Positions 48,928 to 58,394 of a DNA stretch of 64,000 bases are shown piece by piece. The DNA is from Candidatus Eiseniibacteriota bacterium (GTDB taxonomy: Bacteria; Orphanbacterota; Orphanbacteria; Orphanbacterales; Orphanbacteraceae): NCBI GenBank assembly GCA_016930695.1, contig JAFGGD010000041.1:1-64000 (forward strand). Direction: 5' to 3'. Both the position numbers and the translations under genes were made by a program. Under the pieces are notes generated by a model. The model was given only the letters and a program-made list of their open reading frames with translations, was not told the origin of the DNA and did not search any database. Each line of letters starts with the position of its first letter. The stretch's first letter is position 1.

Positions 48928-50520
48928 ATGAAACCGAAGGACGAAGCGAAATACCGTTCCCCGATGGCCGAAGCCGTATTCGAGGCGTACCGGCGCGGGG
49001 AAGAGGACGAAACGATGAACCCCCTCGTCCTGGTCGGCCGGGACGGAAAACCGGTCGGCGCGCCCGACCCGGGGGATTCGCTCATCTTCTACGACATCCG
49101 CGGCGAGAGGGAGGTGGAGATTTCCGAGGCCTTCGTCGAAAAGGACTTCCCCCACTTCCCGGTGCGGGAGTGGCTCGACCTCCGCTACGTCACCATGATC
49201 CGCTATCACGAGAAGCTGAACGCGCGGGTCGCCTTCCCGCCGATCGGCGCGGTGGCGGGGACGCTGAGCGAAACGGTCGGCCGCGCCGGTCTCCGCCAGG
49301 CGAAGGTGGTGGAGACCGAGAAGCTGATCCACCTCACCTACTTCCTGAACGGCAAGAACCGCGACCCCTTCCCCAGCGAGGAGCATCACGGCATTCCCTC
49401 CCCCACGGTGCCGGACTACACCGCCGTGCCCGAGCTGGAGGCGGAGAAGGTGGCGGACACCATCATCGACCGCCTCGGCGATCCCGGCATCGCCCTCATC
49501 ACGGCCAACTTCGCCAACATGGACGTGCTCGGCCACCTGGAGGACGACGACGCGGCGATCCGCGCGGTGGAGACGGTGGACCGCTGCGTGGGGCGCGTGG
49601 TGGAGGCGGCGCGCGCGGCCGGCGCGGACGTGCTGATCACGGCGGACCACGGGACGGTGGAGAAGCGCCTCTACCCGGAGGGGACGAAGGACACCGGTCA
49701 CACCGACAGCCCGGTCCCTCTCGTCTACATCTCCGCGGGCGGCGTGGACGGCGTCACCTGCCGGGAGAAGGGCGCGCTCACCGACGTGGCCCCCACGGCT
49801 CTCGCGCTCCTCGGCTTGAAGCGACCGAAGGAGATGACCGGCGAGAACCTCCTCGGGGGCGTGCCGGAGAGGAAGGGACGGCGGCTCCTCCTCCTGATCG
49901 CCGACGGCTGGGGCTACCGCGAGGAGACCCACGGCAACCTGGTGGCGACGGCGAACACGCCGAAAATGGACCGTTATCTCGCCGAATGTCCCCACGGACT
50001 TCTCGCCGCCGCCGGCGAGGCGGTCGGCCTGCCGGAAGGGACCGTGGGGAACAGCGAGGCGGGACACCTCCACATCGGCGCCGGCCGGGTGATCTATTCG
50101 GACCGTCTCCGCATCGACAAGGCGATCGCGGACGGCTCCTTTCGCAAAAACGAAGCCTTCCTCTGGGCGATGGATGAGGCGGCGCAACGCGATAAAACCC
50201 TCCACCTCCTCGGCATCGTCTCCTTCTTCAGCAGCCACGGCTCGCTGGACCACTTGATGGAGCTTCTCGAGACGGCGAAGGAGCGTGGGGTGCAGCGCCT
50301 TCGCGTCCACAGCCTTCTCGGCCGCCGCGGTGAGAGGCCCGAGGCGGGCGCCGCGTACATCGAGGCGGTGGACGACAAGTGCCGTGAACTGGGACTCGGG
50401 GTGGTTTGCACGGTGACCGGCCGGTACTGGGCGCTGGACCGTGAGGAGAACTGGGATCGTGTGGAGAAAGCGTACCGGGCGATCGCATTCGGCGACGGGA
50501 GGACCGTCCCGCAAGCGTAG
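48928..50520 (+). CDS. gpmI: 2,3-bisphosphoglycerate-independent phosphoglycerate mutase, circularly permuted form
   Basis: Canonical C-terminal iPGM blocks (ETEKLIHLTYFLNG, NFANMDVLGH, LITADHGT, HTDSPVPLVYI, EMTGENLL) occupy residues 1-~300. Canonical N-terminal blocks (LLLLIADGWG, TPKMD, GLPEGTVGNSEAGHLHIGAGRVIYSDRLRID) and the transferase domain (GRYWALDREENWDRVEKAY) follow. RBS GGGAG before ATG 48928. Confidence 0.85.
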   Translation: MKPKDEAKYRSPMAEAVFEAYRRGEEDETMNPLVLVGRDGKPVGAPDPGDSLIFYDIRGEREVEISEAFVEKDFPHFPVREWLDLRYVTMIRYHEKLNARVAFPPIGAVAGTLSETVGRAGLRQAKVVETEKLIHLTYFLNGKNRDPFPSEEHHGIPSPTVPDYTAVPELEAEKVADTIIDRLGDPGIALITANFANMDVLGHLEDDDAAIRAVETVDRCVGRVVEAARAAGADVLITADHGTVEKRLYPEGTKDTGHTDSPVPLVYISAGGVDGVTCREKGALTDVAPTALALLGLKRPKEMTGENLLGGVPERKGRRLLLLIADGWGYREETHGNLVATANTPKMDRYLAECPHGLLAAAGEAVGLPEGTVGNSEAGHLHIGAGRVIYSDRLRIDKAIADGSFRKNEAFLWAMDEAAQRDKTLHLLGIVSFFSSHGSLDHLMELLETAKERGVQRLRVHSLLGRRGERPEAGAAYIEAVDDKCRELGLGVVCTVTGRYWALDREENWDRVEKAYRAIAFGDGRTVPQA

Positions 50521-52708
50521 GGCGATATTCGCGGCGACCCTTCTGCTCGCCCTCTTTCCCGCGGGCGCGATGGGCGGCGGCGGGGCCGATCCGCCGTTGC
50601 CCGCCGGAGGGCCGCCCGGCCGGGAGGAGTGGATCCGCGCGCTCCGCTCCGCGCCGAAAAGGAGCATCACGCCCTCCCGCCGCGCTCCCGCCCCGGGCGA
50701 CACGCTTCTCGCGTCCATCGCCGGCGAGATCCACGCCGACTCGCTCCGCCGGACCGTGGCGGATCTGGTCGCCTTCGGCACCCGCTACGAGTACGCCGCC
50801 GAACAGGAAAGCGCGGCGGCCTATCTGTACGACCGCTTCCGCGCCCTCGGCCTCGATCCCTACTACGAACCGTACGAACTCTCCGAGTGGGACGCCGTCG
50901 ACGCGGACTGGCTCTCCGGCGGGAGCGTAGGGTGGATGATCTGGTCCGACTCGCGGCAGGGGGATCGGAGCGTGATCCTCGCGACGGGAAACGGCGGCGC
51001 GAGCTGGACCGCCGAAGCGACGGTGCCCGCGCTCCTCCGGTCGATCGCCGCGACGCCCGGCGAGACATGGGCGGTGGGGGACTCGGGGATCGTGCTCCGG
51101 CGCGGCTCCTCCGCCTGGACCGTGGCGGACACCCTCGGCGACGCCCCGCTCGTCTCCGTCGACTTCGCCGACGACCGGCACGGCGTCGCGGTGAACGGCG
51201 AGGGATGGGTCTGGCTGACCGACGACGGCGGCTCCGTCTGGAGCGGCGAGCGAATCACCACTTCACTCCTCAAGGGCGCCGTCCGGGTCGACTCGGCGCA
51301 CACCTGGGTCTACGGCGGGATGGGCAAGATCTGGAGGCTCCGGCCGGAAGGGTGGGTCCTCGATGCGCTGCCGATCCGGAAAACGATCTACGACCTCGCA
51401 TTCGCCGACACCTCCTTCGCCGTGGGCGCCGTATCCGGCCCCTGGCTGCTCCTTTGGGACGGCGCGGCCTGGGACACCCTCTCCACCGGCGTCCCCTACG
51501 GCTTCTCCGTCGGCGTAAAGGGGGACTCCACGGTCTGGCTCGGCGGTCTCGATTCGCCGGTCCGCCTCACCCGGGTGATCCGCTCCTCCGACCGGGGCCG
51601 CACCTGGGAGGAGGTCCTCTTCCCGATCGGCGTGCTCTGGCGGAGCGTGAACCACATCCACTTCGGGCCGGAAGACACGGTTCTCCTCGCCGGCTACGAC
51701 GGCCTCTCCCTCCGCAGCGAAGACGGCGGCGACTCGTGGGTCTTCCCTCCGCTCGCCCCCTCCATCGCCCACCCCTCGCGCAACGTGGCGGCACAAATCC
51801 CCGGACGGGTCCGTCCCGACAGCGTGGTGATCCTCTCCGGCCACTACGATTCGATCGTGTACGACACCTCTTTCGACCCCTACGCGTCGGCGCCCGGCGC
51901 GGACGACGACGCCACCGGCGTCGCGGCGGTGCTCGAGGCGGCGCGCGCCTTCGCCGGGCGCGACTTCGCCTACACGGTCCGTTTCGTCCTTTTCAGCGGC
52001 GAGGAGCTGGGCCTTCTGGGGAGCACCGCCTACGCCTCGGCCCTCGCCGAGGCGGACGAAGCGATCCGCGCGGCGGTGCAGATCGACATGATCGGCATCC
52101 CCGGCCGTCCCTCCCACCTCTACGCGAACGAAGCCTCCGCGTGGATCCTGGACGAGGGGGCGGCGGCGGCAAGCGTCGCGGCGCCCGACCTGGATCTCTC
52201 CTACGACATCTCCCCCTGCATGGTCTACAGCGACCACGCCTCCTTCTGGCAAAGAGGCTACCCGGCGGCGATGCTGGGTGAGACGATCGAGGAGGACAAT
52301 CCCCTCCACACGCCGGGGGACACCCTCGGCAACTTGGACTTCGCCTTCACCGAAGAGAACGCCCGCTTCGCGGCGGCCCTGACGGCGCGACTCGCCGGCG
52401 TTTACACGCCGCCCGATCCCGATCTCGTCGATGCCCTTCCGGTCCGTCCCAACCCCGCCGGCGGCGCGGTGACGATCCCCTTCGCGCGCCCCGCCGGCGG
52501 CGGCACGGTCTCCGTGGCGATCTACGACGTGTCGGGACGGTTGGTGCGGGCGCTCGGCGCGGGGGAGATCGCGGCGCGGGGGGACATATTGGAGGCGGTC
52601 TGGGACGGGCGCGGCGCCTCCGGCCGCGAAACCGCGGCGGGGGTGTACTTCGCCCGGATCGAGGCGGGAGGCCGGAAGACCAGCAAGAAAATCGTCCGGC
52701 TGAGGTGA
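50459..52708 (+). CDS. M28 family peptidase with inserted BNR/Ycf48-like beta-propeller and T9SS C-terminal sorting domain
   Basis: M28 blocks (HYDSIVYD...APGADDDATGVAAVLEAARAF, SGEELGLLGS, DHASF). Middle sialidase/BNR-like repeats (SxDxGxSW-like: TDDGGSVWS, SSDRGRTWE, SEDGGDSWV). C-terminal VRPNPAGG...VAIYDVSGRLV...GVYFARIE...KIVRLR. The start is uncertain: GTG 50459 or 50441 give a signal peptide, and both overlap the gpmI 3' end. Confidence 0.8.
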   Translation: MWRKRTGRSHSATGGPSRKRRAIFAATLLLALFPAGAMGGGGADPPLPAGGPPGREEWIRALRSAPKRSITPSRRAPAPGDTLLASIAGEIHADSLRRTVADLVAFGTRYEYAAEQESAAAYLYDRFRALGLDPYYEPYELSEWDAVDADWLSGGSVGWMIWSDSRQGDRSVILATGNGGASWTAEATVPALLRSIAATPGETWAVGDSGIVLRRGSSAWTVADTLGDAPLVSVDFADDRHGVAVNGEGWVWLTDDGGSVWSGERITTSLLKGAVRVDSAHTWVYGGMGKIWRLRPEGWVLDALPIRKTIYDLAFADTSFAVGAVSGPWLLLWDGAAWDTLSTGVPYGFSVGVKGDSTVWLGGLDSPVRLTRVIRSSDRGRTWEEVLFPIGVLWRSVNHIHFGPEDTVLLAGYDGLSLRSEDGGDSWVFPPLAPSIAHPSRNVAAQIPGRVRPDSVVILSGHYDSIVYDTSFDPYASAPGADDDATGVAAVLEAARAFAGRDFAYTVRFVLFSGEELGLLGSTAYASALAEADEAIRAAVQIDMIGIPGRPSHLYANEASAWILDEGAAAASVAAPDLDLSYDISPCMVYSDHASFWQRGYPAAMLGETIEEDNPLHTPGDTLGNLDFAFTEENARFAAALTARLAGVYTPPDPDLVDALPVRPNPAGGAVTIPFARPAGGGTVSVAIYDVSGRLVRALGAGEIAARGDILEAVWDGRGASGRETAAGVYFARIEAGGRKTSKKIVRLR

Positions 52709-52904
52709 AAAACCGGTCGCGACAAGACGCGAAGTATCCAACTGCTCCGGAAAAGAAGCCTCACGCAGAGACGCGGGGAAAGCAGAGGGAAAACGGGAAA
52801 ATGAACAGGTAAACGAATCCCCTCTCCCGTCCGGAGGGAAAGGGGATTCCGGCTTTGCCTTTATTCTGCGATCCCCGCGTCTCCGCGGGATCTCCTCTCC
52901 TAAC

Positions 52905-53145
52905 CCGGATTATGCACGAACCTTCGTGGCGAGGAACCGGATCGCGTGCCGAGAGGCCGGCTTGGACAAGCCGCTCCCAGGGACCCTTCGGGCACTCGGG
53001 CTTATCGCGACCGCTAGGAGCGATAAGCTTTAGCGCCCGATGGGGGGAGGCGTAGCCCCTGAGTTACGTCGAGGAAACGGCGCCGGAAAGCCGGTCTCGC
53101 AGGCCGAGAACCGGTTCCGCAGCAGGAAGTTTGTGCATAATCCAG
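52905..53145. repeat. MITE-like element (family copy 3), ~240 bp, with ~20-bp terminal inverted repeats ccggattatgcacgaacc / gtttgtgcataatcc
   Basis: TIRs read directly. The internal ttcgtggcgaggaaccggatcgcg..cgagaggccggcttggacaagccgctccc matches the copy at 23948-24129. Confidence 0.55.
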
Positions 53146-53146
53146 G

Positions 53147-53965
53147 TTACACTTCGACCCCGACCCACCCCTTGATGGCGAAGCCGAAGACGACGCTCAC
53201 CACGAAGAAGACCAGGAGCCAGTGCAGGTTCACGCCCCAGAGCGCCATGTTCCTCTCGGGATAGGCGATCTCGATGGAACGGATTCGGGCGTCCTTGGGG
53301 AGGGGAGGCTCCGCCGGGTGGGTCCAGAGCGCGAGCGCTCCATCGACGTAGCGGCCCTGGGCGAGCTTGATCAGCCCTCCGCCGGCGATCACCCGCTTCA
53401 TGGCGGTCTCCCCGCCCAGGTCGAAGGACAGTTCGTGCGTTCCCTCTTTCTCCACGCGAATCCGCCAATCCACCTCCCTCTCTCCGGCGATCCGGAGAGG
53501 GGGCGTCTCGGCGACCAGGCCGTCGGGGACACGCATGGTGAGCGCCGACGGGTCGGCGTTCTCGTCCAGGCGGACCTTGACGATGGTCTTCTCGCCCGGA
53601 TGGAAGGGGCGGTGCGCGTAGCGCACGTCCAGTTGGATCAGGATGATCAACACCGGGACGAGCATGACGAGCATCGGCGTCAGGGCATGCCGCATATAGT
53701 TCATGTTGGTGGCCAGGATCCGGCGCTGCGCCGCCATCTGCAGCCCCAGGTCGTCCTGGAAGAGCCGCACCTCCAGGATGTAGGCCTTGATGCGGCCCTT
53801 CGCACGGGCGATCGCTTCCTGGTTCGACGTGTATCGAAAGATAACCAGCATGATCCCACCGGTCAGGACGGAAACCACCGTCAAACCGACCAACGGGTTC
53901 ATGCCGCCGAACAAGCCGATCAAGCCGTCGAAGAATGCCGTAACCGCGCTCACCAGGGGCCACAT
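53147..53965 (-). CDS. Hypothetical membrane protein (N-terminal and C-terminal TM segments, large central soluble domain)
   Basis: 272-aa ORF; last gene of the minus-strand sat/cysC/PDE cluster. Confidence 0.6.
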   Translation of the reverse strand: MWPLVSAVTAFFDGLIGLFGGMNPLVGLTVVSVLTGGIMLVIFRYTSNQEAIARAKGRIKAYILEVRLFQDDLGLQMAAQRRILATNMNYMRHALTPMLVMLVPVLIILIQLDVRYAHRPFHPGEKTIVKVRLDENADPSALTMRVPDGLVAETPPLRIAGEREVDWRIRVEKEGTHELSFDLGGETAMKRVIAGGGLIKLAQGRYVDGALALWTHPAEPPLPKDARIRSIEIAYPERNMALWGVNLHWLLVFFVVSVVFGFAIKGWVGVEV

Positions 53966-53986
53966 ACGCCGAATCCTCTCTCGTCT

Positions 53987-54178
53987 CTAGGAAATGTAAC
54001 CGAGTCCCTTCAGTTTCTTTTTGATTTCCTCGTCCGAGTCCGCCTCCTCGATCTTGGCGATCTCCTTCTCGAGGGCGTGGGTGATGAACTCGTCCGCCGA
54101 GGAGTAGCCGGCCACTTCGGCGTACTTCCGAATCTTCATCAGCAAATCCTTCGAGATCTTTACTTTCGGTCCGAACAT
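53987..54178 (-). CDS. Small ribbon-helix-helix-like protein with C-terminal EE..KKKLKGLGYI motif
   Basis: 63 aa. Homologous to the 63000..63221 protein (VKISKDLLMKIRKYAEVAGYSSADEFITHAL vs VTIKIPRPLYRRVSQVVQGSGFSSPTDFIVFVL). Beta-strand plus two helices pattern. Confidence 0.5.
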   Translation of the reverse strand: MFGPKVKISKDLLMKIRKYAEVAGYSSADEFITHALEKEIAKIEEADSDEEIKKKLKGLGYIS

Positions 54179-54195
54179 CGGTCCTCCTCCCGGGG

Positions 54196-56235
54196 TCAGA
54201 AGATCGGGCGGCCCACCATGTGCTCGCCCTTCTCGATCCCGAATTCGTTCAACAACGTGACCGTCAAATCATACAACATCGGATCGGCGATGCGGACTTC
54301 CCGGCTCGACACCAGGATCCCCGGCACCTCCCGCGCGTCGATGCAGTGGTCGCCGCTCCATTTCCCCGTGTTGTCCGCGAACCACTCCATCGGGAACTCG
54401 CCGAGCGCCGATTCGTTCGATCCCCGGTACTCCCGCGCGTAACCGACGCTCATGTCCGGCGCCTCCGCCGCGTAGGGGCCGTGGTACACCTCGTCGTTGC
54501 GGTACAGCGCGAGGATCGGCTGTTTGCCCGTCTTCGGGTCCCGCAGCTCCGTGAGCCGCGTCGTCAGTTCCTCGATCAGCGCGTCTTTCTCCCGGCCCGG
54601 CGAGACGACGCCGTACTTCTCCCGCCCCCGCGTGTTGATGTAGAGGCCGTTGATGCCGAGGGCGTAAACCCGGGTGCGGCGCCAGTCCACGTTGAGGAAG
54701 AAGTCGCTCTTCTCCCGCGTTTCCTTCGACGGATCCTTCAAAGTCAAATAACCGTTGTCGGCGAGCCAGGAGTTCAGGTGCACCTCCCGATACCAGGGCG
54801 CGAAACCGTGATCCGACATGGCGAGGACGAGCACGTCCTCCGGGAGACGGTCCAACGCCATCCCCACCGCCTGATCGAAGCGCTTCATGATGTCGTAGAT
54901 GATGTCCGGATGCTCCCGCGCCTCCGCGTCCGACGCGGGGTGGTGGGGGTCCATGGCGCGCCACATCACGTGGGTCTGCTGGTCCAGGCTGGAGAAGTAA
55001 TAGTAGAGGAGTCCCCATTCCTGGCCGACGAACTCGTTCAACAGGCTGTCGTAGACGCGCATCCTCTCGTCGAGCACGTAACCCGCCTGCTGGAGGAACT
55101 CCGTGTCCGTCAGGATCCCCGCCTCGAGCGCCTTGGTGTCCTCCGGCATCCCCTGCGTGTAGAAGCGGCCCGTCTTTTCGGCGATCTTCGCGGCCCAATC
55201 GTCGGGCGTGGAGATCGGCTGGGCCGGCGCGAGGGGATCGATGTTGATCGGCGAGACATAGAGGCCGAACTCGGGGGCCACCGACTTGAGGTAGAGCCGG
55301 GCGATGCCGGTCAGCCCCATGCCGGCGGGATCCAGCGCCGGACGAACGGCGCCCCAGAAGCCGTGATCGGGGAGAAAGTAATACTTCACCGGGACCCAAT
55401 CGCTCCACTCCCCCTCCCGGAGAAGCACCTCTTCCTCGCCGATGACGATCTTCGCGATCCTGTTTTCCACGTCCCTGTGGATCCGCACCGGACAGCCGCT
55501 CTTCTCGTGTCCCTCGCGCATCGGGTTCGGCGGACCGGGAATCGCCGTCTCCGCGGTCCCGCCGTCGAAGTACACGTCCACCACCTTGCCGCCGGAGATG
55601 TCGTCGGCGTTCTCCGGGCGGTGGGTCGTGAGATAGGTAAAGGTCCCCGGCGTGCCGAGGATGTCCGGCGTGCCGAGGCCGGAGAGGGTCTTCGCCCCCT
55701 CGCTCACCGGCGGGTAGTTGGCGGGGATCTTGAAGATCGCCGTGGGCACGCCGTGGGCGGTCAGGATGTCCCAGAAAGGCACCCCCCGCCGGAGGTTCAG
55801 CACTTCGCCGCCGCCGGTGGGAATTCGCCACTCCCCCCACAGCCCGATCCCGTCGTCGCTGCTCACCGCCTGCGAGGTGGACATGAAGGGGAGATAGGTT
55901 TTGGGGTCACGATGAATGAAGTCGAAAATGTCGTGCCCGCCCGGGTCCATTCCGGTGATGAAGTTGGACCACGCCACCGGGCTCTGGGGCGGGATGCTCG
56001 TGCCGAGGCTGGTGAAGGTCCCGCGGTCGATCAAGCGCTGAAAGTTGGGGAGATCCCCCCGATCCAGGAGGAGCCGGAGAAGCCCCGGATCCATCCCGTC
56101 GAAACCGAGAACGAGCACCTTCCCCCTCTTCGGCGCCGGGGCTTCCGCCCCGCCCATCTCCGCGATCGCCACGCCGACGACGAGCAGAAGGAGTGCGAAA
56201 AACGCTATGTATCGACGCCGCATCCGTCCGGTCAT
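54196..56235 (-). CDS. Exported PF01663 phosphodiesterase/nucleotide pyrophosphatase family protein (paralog 1)
   Basis: Signal/TM MRRRYIAFFALLLLVVGVAIA, VLVLGFDGMDPGL, PPQSPVAWSNFITGMDPGGHDIFDF, LAMSDHGF. Confidence 0.85.
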   Translation of the reverse strand: MTGRMRRRYIAFFALLLLVVGVAIAEMGGAEAPAPKRGKVLVLGFDGMDPGLLRLLLDRGDLPNFQRLIDRGTFTSLGTSIPPQSPVAWSNFITGMDPGGHDIFDFIHRDPKTYLPFMSTSQAVSSDDGIGLWGEWRIPTGGGEVLNLRRGVPFWDILTAHGVPTAIFKIPANYPPVSEGAKTLSGLGTPDILGTPGTFTYLTTHRPENADDISGGKVVDVYFDGGTAETAIPGPPNPMREGHEKSGCPVRIHRDVENRIAKIVIGEEEVLLREGEWSDWVPVKYYFLPDHGFWGAVRPALDPAGMGLTGIARLYLKSVAPEFGLYVSPINIDPLAPAQPISTPDDWAAKIAEKTGRFYTQGMPEDTKALEAGILTDTEFLQQAGYVLDERMRVYDSLLNEFVGQEWGLLYYYFSSLDQQTHVMWRAMDPHHPASDAEAREHPDIIYDIMKRFDQAVGMALDRLPEDVLVLAMSDHGFAPWYREVHLNSWLADNGYLTLKDPSKETREKSDFFLNVDWRRTRVYALGINGLYINTRGREKYGVVSPGREKDALIEELTTRLTELRDPKTGKQPILALYRNDEVYHGPYAAEAPDMSVGYAREYRGSNESALGEFPMEWFADNTGKWSGDHCIDAREVPGILVSSREVRIADPMLYDLTVTLLNEFGIEKGEHMVGRPIF

Positions 56236-56240
56236 GACTC

Positions 56241-58391
56241 TCAGTCCTCCCGCCGGCTCCGTCCGCCGTCCCGCTCTTCCGGGCGAGCGCGGTAGAAAGA
56301 CCGGCCTTTCATATAACGGGGGGTGTCGATTCCGAAAAGGTCGAGCACCGACGGTCCCACGTCCATGATCGCGGGATCGGCGGCGGCGAGGCGGCGGCTG
56401 CTGAAGAGAACGCCCGGGACCTCCCGCGCGTCGATGCAGTGGTCGCCGCTCCAGTTCTTCACGTTATCCAGGAACACCGATTCCGTCGCCTGGCCCACCG
56501 CGGCCTCCCAGCTCTGCCGGTAGCCCTTGGCGAACCCGACGATCACGTCCGGCGCGTTGTCCTTGTAGGGACCGTCGAAGAGGTCCTCCATGGGGATGGC
56601 CTTGTTGACGGCGACGATTCCTTTCTCCTCGTCCATCAGGCCGGTCATCCGATCGGCGATCTCCCGGCGGAGCGCTCCCGCTTCCTTCGGCTCCACGATC
56701 CCCTGCCCCTCGCGGTCCTTGATGTTGAGGTAGAGGCCGGCGAGGCCGAAGGAGTAGGCGCGGGTCTTGGACCAGTCCACGCCCTGGAACCACTCGCCCG
56801 ATGTCTTGTCGCCGTTCTTCAGCGCCATGTAGCCGTTCTCGATCAGCCAGGTGTTCAGGTTCATGCCGCGGCTGAAGTGGGTGAAGCCGTGGTCGGACAT
56901 GACCAGGAGCACCGTGCGGGTGTCGTCGCATTTCGCCAACGTCCGGCCGAGAAGCTCGTCCATCCGCACGTAGAGGTCCCGGATCGTGTGCCGGTATTTC
57001 TCCACGTCGTCACGGCCCCGGTTGGCGGGATGGCCGTCGGTCATGTACCGGAAGAACATATGCTGGATCCGGTCGGTGGCGTCGAACACGCAGGCGACCA
57101 TTCCCCGTTTGGCGCGGCTCAGGGCGTGGAAGAACTGCTTCTCCCGCTCCTCGTGGATCAGCCAGGTCTGCTCCAGGAACGCCTCCTCGTCGATCACCTT
57201 CTCGTTCAGCGCCCAGGTGTCCTCGGCGAGGCCGAGGGTGGCGTACGGTCCGAACAGCTTGGCGAGATAGACCGAGTAGAAAAGGGGCTGGGAGATCGGC
57301 ATGGCCGGGCTCTCGGGATCGATGTTGGTCGGCGTGAGGTAGATGTCCACGTACGGTTTCAGCGACTGGACGCGGAAACGGACCATGCCGCGCACCTTCA
57401 CGCCGAGCCCCGGCTTGAAGGTGAGGCGGATCCACTCGGAGTACGAGCCGACCTTCAGGCGGAAGTCTTGGTCCGGCAGATGGAAATGGACCTCCCCCTT
57501 CGCGTCATCGATCACGGCGCGCCAGGGAACGCGCATCTCGCCGCCGCCCGCGGTCATGCTGTTCTCGGGGCCGGGCACGAAACCGCGGACCTCGTTCCCC
57601 TTCCTCTCCATCAGATGCCTCTCGCCGCTGATCGCCTTCCCCACCTTCGAGGGGTCGGTGGTGAAGAAGCAGAACGATCCCTGCGTCCCCTTCAGGTCGG
57701 GGACGCACATCGCCGAGAGCACGGCGCCGTTGAACTTGACCGGCGGGAAGGTGATGGGCACCCGGAGAATGTGCGAGAAGATGCCGTGATCGCCGAGGAC
57801 CTTCCAGAAGGTGCTCGACTTCTGCATCAGCCGGATCACCGGCTTGCCGAGAGGAATGCGGTACTTGCCGATCTTGATATGCCGATCCGGGTTGGTGATC
57901 TTCACCGACGAGAGATCGACCAGGTAGTTTTTGGCGTCCCGGCCGAGGAAGTCGAAAACGTTGTGCCGCGACGCGTCGTTGCCGGTGGCGAAACTGGACC
58001 AGGCCACCGGCGACATGCTCGGCCAGGAGGACTGCAGCGGGCGGAAACTCCCCCTCTCGGCGAGACGGGAAAAGTTGGGGAGAAGCCCCTCGTCCATCCA
58101 TCTCTTCGCCAGCCCCGGATCGAGGCCGTCGAGGCCGAGGATCACCACGCGGTCCACGTCGGTCTTGGCGATGGAACGGCCGCGCCGGCGGATCACGCGG
58201 ATCACGAGACGGATCGGCCAGATCAGGATCGACAGGATCGCCAGCAGGAAGGTGACGAAAACGACCGCGAAGGAGGAGAGGAAAGCGAACCCCGCTCCGG
58301 GGCCGATGTAGGCGTGCGCCGGCGCGGCCGCGGCGAGCGCCGCCAGCGCCCAGAGGAACGATGTCGATAGGAACCGGGGTCTGCGTTTCAC
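56241..58391 (-). CDS. Membrane-anchored PF01663 phosphodiesterase family protein (paralog 2)
   Basis: Signal plus TM, VVILGLDGLDPGL, PSMSPVAWSSFATGNDASRHNVFDF, LVMSDHGF. The C-terminal SGDHCIDAREVPG block is shared with paralog 1. Confidence 0.85.
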   Translation of the reverse strand: MKRRPRFLSTSFLWALAALAAAAPAHAYIGPGAGFAFLSSFAVVFVTFLLAILSILIWPIRLVIRVIRRRGRSIAKTDVDRVVILGLDGLDPGLAKRWMDEGLLPNFSRLAERGSFRPLQSSWPSMSPVAWSSFATGNDASRHNVFDFLGRDAKNYLVDLSSVKITNPDRHIKIGKYRIPLGKPVIRLMQKSSTFWKVLGDHGIFSHILRVPITFPPVKFNGAVLSAMCVPDLKGTQGSFCFFTTDPSKVGKAISGERHLMERKGNEVRGFVPGPENSMTAGGGEMRVPWRAVIDDAKGEVHFHLPDQDFRLKVGSYSEWIRLTFKPGLGVKVRGMVRFRVQSLKPYVDIYLTPTNIDPESPAMPISQPLFYSVYLAKLFGPYATLGLAEDTWALNEKVIDEEAFLEQTWLIHEEREKQFFHALSRAKRGMVACVFDATDRIQHMFFRYMTDGHPANRGRDDVEKYRHTIRDLYVRMDELLGRTLAKCDDTRTVLLVMSDHGFTHFSRGMNLNTWLIENGYMALKNGDKTSGEWFQGVDWSKTRAYSFGLAGLYLNIKDREGQGIVEPKEAGALRREIADRMTGLMDEEKGIVAVNKAIPMEDLFDGPYKDNAPDVIVGFAKGYRQSWEAAVGQATESVFLDNVKNWSGDHCIDAREVPGVLFSSRRLAAADPAIMDVGPSVLDLFGIDTPRYMKGRSFYRARPEERDGGRSRRED

Positions 58392-58394
58392 TAC

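Noticed and set aside
48667-50781. 704-aa minus-strand ORF
   Set aside because: Antisense shadow of gpmI.
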